A stretch of DNA of 63,695 nucleotides from Octopus bimaculoides (Eukaryota), in contig NC_068981.1 of the NCBI RefSeq assembly GCF_001194135.2, positions 131,629,116-131,692,810 of the forward strand, given 5' to 3'. This document shows, piece after piece, positions 62,756-63,695 of the stretch. Position numbers and translations under genes: made by a program. The notes beneath the pieces were generated by a model that searched no databases, had not been told where the DNA came from, and saw only the letters and a list, made by a program, of their open reading frames with translations. Each line of letters begins with the position of its first letter. Position 1 is the first letter of the stretch.

Positions 62756-62924
62756 GTGAATTCTTTGAGTAAGGGTTTTACAATTGAAAGCCCTTGTCTA
62801 ACTCTTCAACTAACTGTCATGATAAATTTACTATATATTTTTCATTACTTGGATAGAGTCGAGAAGGGCAAAAATTCAAACAAGATGAATGTTAAACACA
62901 AAACTGTGAATTCACACACATATC

Positions 62925-63290
62925 TTTTACTTGTTTCAGTCATTAGACTGCAGCCATTCTAGGGTACTGCCTTGAAGGGGATTTTTCTTTTAGTTGAACA
63001 AATCAACCTCCAGTAATTTTTAAAGCCTGATACTTCTATCAGTGTCTTTTGAAGAACTGCTAAGTTATGGGGACATAAACAATCCAACACTGGTTGTCAA
63101 GTAGTGGTGGTGCGCAAACACACAAAGATATATGACAAGCTTGTTTCAGTTTCTGTCAACTAAATCTACTCATAAAACTTTGGTCAGCCTGGGGCTATAG
63201 TAGGAGACACCTGCCCAAGGTGCCATGCAATGAGTCTGAACCTAGAACCATGTGGTTGTGAGGCAAACTTCTAATTACATAGCCACACCT
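62925..63290 (-). mobile_element. SINE family A, diverged full-length copy
   Basis: Colinear with 51729-52136. Confidence 0.8.
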
Positions 63291-63480
63291 ATATAGTTCA
63301 GTCCAAGCCCCATGCTACCTGTCTTTACCAGTGGTCTGGCAAGCAGATGTGTGATTTACCTACATGGAAGTTATTGTCCTCAAAAAATATTTTGCTTATG
63401 CTTGGATTCCCAGAGTAAAAATTACTTATTCTCAGAATTCAAAATGTTATATAATAAAAGTTTATTGTTTCTCTACTTTA

Positions 63481-63695
63481 TCTATACTGTATATAAAACA
63501 GAGATGTGTGTGTAATCGCTTTTCACGTGAAATCGACTTCACCAAATGCTTCCATACTTGTCATCTATACTATATATAAAACAGAGATGTGTGTGTAATC
63601 GCTTTTCACGTGAAATCGACTTCACCAAATGCTTCCATACTTGTCATCTATACTATATATAAAACAGAGATGTGTGTGTAATCGCTTTTCACGTG
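63481..63695 (+). repeat. 83-bp tandem repeat (at least 2.6 copies, runs off the window); each unit starts like a Helitron 5' end
   Basis: Units start at 63481, 63564 and 63647 with A|TCTATACT(A/G)TATATAAAACAGAGATGTGTGTG. Only one difference is visible between units. Confidence 0.9.

Noticed and set aside
63481-63695. CRISPR-like interpretation of the 83-bp array (or of the ~70-nt RTE modules)
   Set aside because: Units are contiguous with no unique spacers, there are no cas genes, and the context is eukaryotic.
1-63695. Self-cleaving ribozymes (hammerhead CUGAUGA/GAAA cores; HDV-like at RTE 5' ends)
   Set aside because: The CTGATGA hits I noticed lack the required flanking helices (one is the RT YADD codons), and no RTE 5' end is present. 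A covariance-model search was not possible.

Overview
AT-rich eukaryotic (animal) draft-assembly DNA with about a dozen N-gaps. The repeat content (RTE LINEs with (ATG)n tails, several tRNA-derived SINE families, MITEs) is what I recognise as octopod, probably Octopus; that taxon call is from memory, not a search. One protein-coding gene spans most of the window on the minus strand: a VPS9D1 orthologue (putative Rab5-family GEF; N-terminal MIT-like helices, coiled coil, VPS9 domain). I reconstructed 13 coding exons by hand (53291 to 6411). All introns are GT-AG, all phases are compatible, and the total is 2034 nt = 677 aa + stop. The first coding exon was not found. Most other sequence is intronic transposon debris: RTE LINE fragments, a second LINE family, five SINE families, mariner/Tc1/pogo, hAT and piggyBac-type MITEs, Helitron/Helentron-type elements and a Gypsy remnant. 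There are no operons, CRISPR arrays, rRNA or true tRNA genes, and most ORF-track entries are artefacts of N-runs, microsatellites or antisense repeats. I cannot support a wholly new gene system. The best unexplained signals are: (i) two independent short RTE insertions that end at their 5' truncation point in a similar fold-back inverted duplication (37 and 44 bp arms, 15 and 17 nt loops); (ii) an 83-bp tandem array built from a Helitron-like 5' terminus; (iii) SINEs that share a 5' half but carry different 3' halves joined at a central microsatellite; (iv) many intronic inverted repeats that could form dsRNA in the pre-mRNA. Exon, TSD and hairpin coordinates were counted exactly; boundaries of degenerate repeats are approximate (about +/-20 nt).
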